Part shown: piece by piece, positions 60,521-64,000 of the stretch
How the letters are laid out: every line of letters begins with the position of its first letter
Position numbering within the stretch: the first letter of the stretch is position 1
From: the human T2T-CHM13v2.0 reference genome, Homo sapiens
Assembly (NCBI RefSeq): GCF_009914755.1
Contig: NC_060926.1
DNA length: 64,000 nucleotides
Reading direction: 5' to 3' (one strand)
Notes under the pieces: model-generated
What the model saw: the letters and a program-made list of their open reading frames with translations, nothing else
Database searches by the model: none
What the model was told of the DNA's origin: nothing
Translations under genes and position numbers: made by a program

Positions 60521-62486
60521 GATGTTGTTTCCAGATGTTGCCATTACTAAAGAGGAGGAACCAGTCTTGCATAGTAAGAAGTGGGTCTTGCATAGCAGAC
60601 ATCATAGCAGTCTTTCATAGCAGAAGTTGGGTTGGGCATGGAAAAGAACGTTTTGTCAGAGGGAGAATGATACATTATTCTTCTGTAATGGAGAATTCCC
60701 ATAAAGGGCTGTTACAGGAATGTCTCAAGTTATCTTCCACACACAATCTCCAGAAAGTGAAAAATAAACCCCCTTTTGGATGACTTACAAGGAAGAAGAC
60801 AGCCAGTTGATTTCACTTTCAGTTGCAAATGCTGCCCTAATCCATATGGGTTTCTGTTCTAAGATTCCATGATTCTCTTATAAGTTCATCTTTCCCTTTT
60901 CCTGTACTCTCCCTCTTACTATGCAAATTCCTCGGTATATTTCTTCTGTTCACCCTTTGCAGCCACTGCCTCAATGGGACAGTTGCTGAACCTTTTCATG
61001 GTGTTCGTTTAGCCCAGAAAAGGAACAAATTTGTACTGTACTCTGTTCACACCTTCAAAGAAGAAATGCCCCTTGCTCATCTCTGTTCCTCCAATGCAGT
61101 CCTGAGCCAGGATCAAAGAAAGTGTCCAGGTATTTGAACAAACAAATGAATAAATGTGGTTCTTATTTTATTTAAAACTTTTTTTTTTGTTCTGAAAAAG
61201 ACAAAAAACCTTCAATCAAATAAATAATTAGGCTGAGAGCAATTGAGGAACAAAAGATATAGTCGACTGATTTGACAGAAGTTAGCCAATTCCTAGCTGT
61301 CAGTTGACTTCTGTTTACCATCTAAATCATGTCTCTATCCTTCAGTTCATATTCAAGCCAAACATATCCCCTCTAGCATCCTCAAGTTACTTAAATAGGA
61401 CATCAGAGCAAAGGGATCACAAAAACTTGATTAACTTCTTGAATTGAACTTTCAATGCCCCATATGGGTTGCTGATATATTGCTTGGATTTCTTTTTCTG
61501 AAACCAAAGCCTTCCAGGTAAAATAGAATTGAAATCATGCTGTTATGACTATCAATCCCTTGGTCTCTGAGAAGTCACTTAAAAATGAGCACTGGACAGC
61601 AGCGCACAAAAAAGGCACAAGGGAAATGACAAACAATATAAATCAAAGGCAGAGCAGATGGCAGGAGCAGCTGTGGCCTGACAGCCGCACTTAGAATGTA
61701 GTGTCCTTCTTCCCCACATAGCCTGTATCAGCTCCTGTGACCCTGGGAAAGGAACAGATCAAAGTTCACTCCATCTCAAAGAAGCTGGTGTCCATTAATG
61801 CCCTTACAAAGCTTTCTCCTTGAAATAGCTCATTTCCATCACTACTTATCCTACACTGAGGTTTTGTGGATCCAAACTTTATTTTTTCTTCTCACTTTTT
61901 CTCCTGCAATAAACTAGGGTTAAAATTGGATATTACTAACTGGATATTTCCAAACATCTGGACAACTGGTTTTACACAGATTAACTAGTTTTTTTCCAGT
62001 AAAACTTTTTAAAATTATATTTATTGGGATTTTATTTCTGGCTATAAAAGTAATACCCTGTTCTATAAAAAATTGGAATCTTTTAAGAAGTATAAAAATT
62101 TTTAAATTCAGTGACAAACATTAGTAACAACTGGATTTATTTCTCTCACCTTCTTTCTATGGTTGCACACGTAAAGTGTTATGAATACTTTAGCCTTAAC
62201 TATGCTCATAAATATATTTTTTATTATGTCTTCTACTTACTCAGGTTAAAGTCACAGAAGTGGGATTATTGGGTCTAAGGATATGAACCTTAGATTTCTA
62301 ATATCTATTGACAAATTATCCTTCAGAATTTGTTTAAAAATATTATCCAAAGTAAATTGAGATATATTCAGGTCACCATCTCTTTGATAGCTTTGAATAC
62401 AATGTGTGTGTTATCTTTATCAATTTGCTAGGTAAAGAATAAAATAACATTGTTTTAACTTCTCTATCATTGCTAATTTCGAACTA

Positions 62487-62809
62487 TTGATTGATTGGTT
62501 GATTGATTGATTTTTGAGATGGAGTCTCACTCTGTAGCCCAAGCTGGAGTGCAGTGGCGTGATCTCGGCTCACGGCAACCTCCACCTCCCGGGCTCAAGT
62601 GATTCTCGTGCCTCAGCCTCCTGAGTAGCTGGGACTACAGGTGAGTGACATCATCCCTGTCTAATTTTTTTTTTTTTTTTTTTGTATTTTAGTAGAGACG
62701 AGTTTCACCATGTTGGCCAGGCTGGTCTTGAACTTCTGAGCTCAGGCGATTGGCCCACCTTGGCCTCCCAAAGTGCTGTGATTACAGGCATGAGCAACCG
62801 TGCCTGGTC
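62487..62809 (-). mobile_element. Alu (S/J age) with (GATT)n tail
   Basis: Full reverse dimer. Confidence 0.92.
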
Positions 62810-63579
62810 AGCTAGTTTTAAACTAATAATTTATTATACTATTTATTTTATTCTGTTAATTTTTTCTTAAAATAATGTTTATATGTTTTCCTCTCCAATG
62901 GAATTATAAATGCCTTGAAGTTAAGGCTTACATAATTCTTTCTATATTTTTACCTTAGTCTCTAGCACACTGCCATTAAAATTACATGCATCTTGATAAA
63001 TATTATTAAATCAATTTTGTAGATATAGTTGATCTTAAATGATTAGCTGTAGCACCAGAGAGGGGATTTCAGAGAGCTTCCAATATGGTAGAATAATATT
63101 TCTGTGGACATTAAAACCTCTTTCGACAAAGATTCTTTAAGGGTTTTTTTTTGTTTTCAATTTTAAAATGAGGATAACAATTGTAATACTAATTATAATT
63201 TTTAAAAAGTTATGTAAAGCAAACCAGATAATATGAGTGAGAAAATGATCTGGAAAAAGTCACCATAGCATAGAAATAAAATAATTGTATTCAAAAGATA
63301 GTGTTAATCATTGATCATATCCATTAATGAAAGGCTGTATGAAGATAACCTTTCTAATTTCAGTTTCTTCATCTTTCATTTATTATACTTTTACAAACTT
63401 TAAAGTCTATAATATTTGTCCCCAAGATTAATAATAAACTTCGTAAAAGGGAAAAATGCAACTGTTACTATGTATATGTTCTTGTTAAGTTTTGTTATTA
63501 TTCATTCCAGACAGAATTTGAATTGACAGTTTTCAATAATAAATCCAAAATACTGAGACATGTTAAGAAACGAAGCCCT

Positions 63580-64000
<421 letters not shown>

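Overview
This is primate (human-like) AT-rich intergenic or deep-intronic DNA. I find no host protein-coding exon, RNA gene, CpG island, CRISPR array or prokaryotic-type system. Most of the window is interspersed repeat: Alu, L1 of several ages, L2, MIR, THE1, LTR12, other ERV/MaLR LTRs, and the DNA transposons Ricksha, MER2, MER33, MER58 and MER5. The only long ORFs (35240-36370 and 36523-39066) are the broken ORF2 of a full-length L1PA4-like LINE-1. The most notable structure is an ~850-bp inversion (32892-33776) that flips this L1's promoter together with its 5' target-site duplication and ~145 bp of host flank. It is bounded by a 34-bp inverted duplication, which points to a post-insertion rearrangement rather than ordinary twin priming. 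Also notable are two snap-back templated-insertion scars, a complete THE1 provirus with a 5-bp TSD, a solo LTR12 with a CCAAT array, and a three-arm Alu. Repeat family names come from recalled consensus sequences, not a database search, so subfamily labels and boundaries of old elements are approximate.
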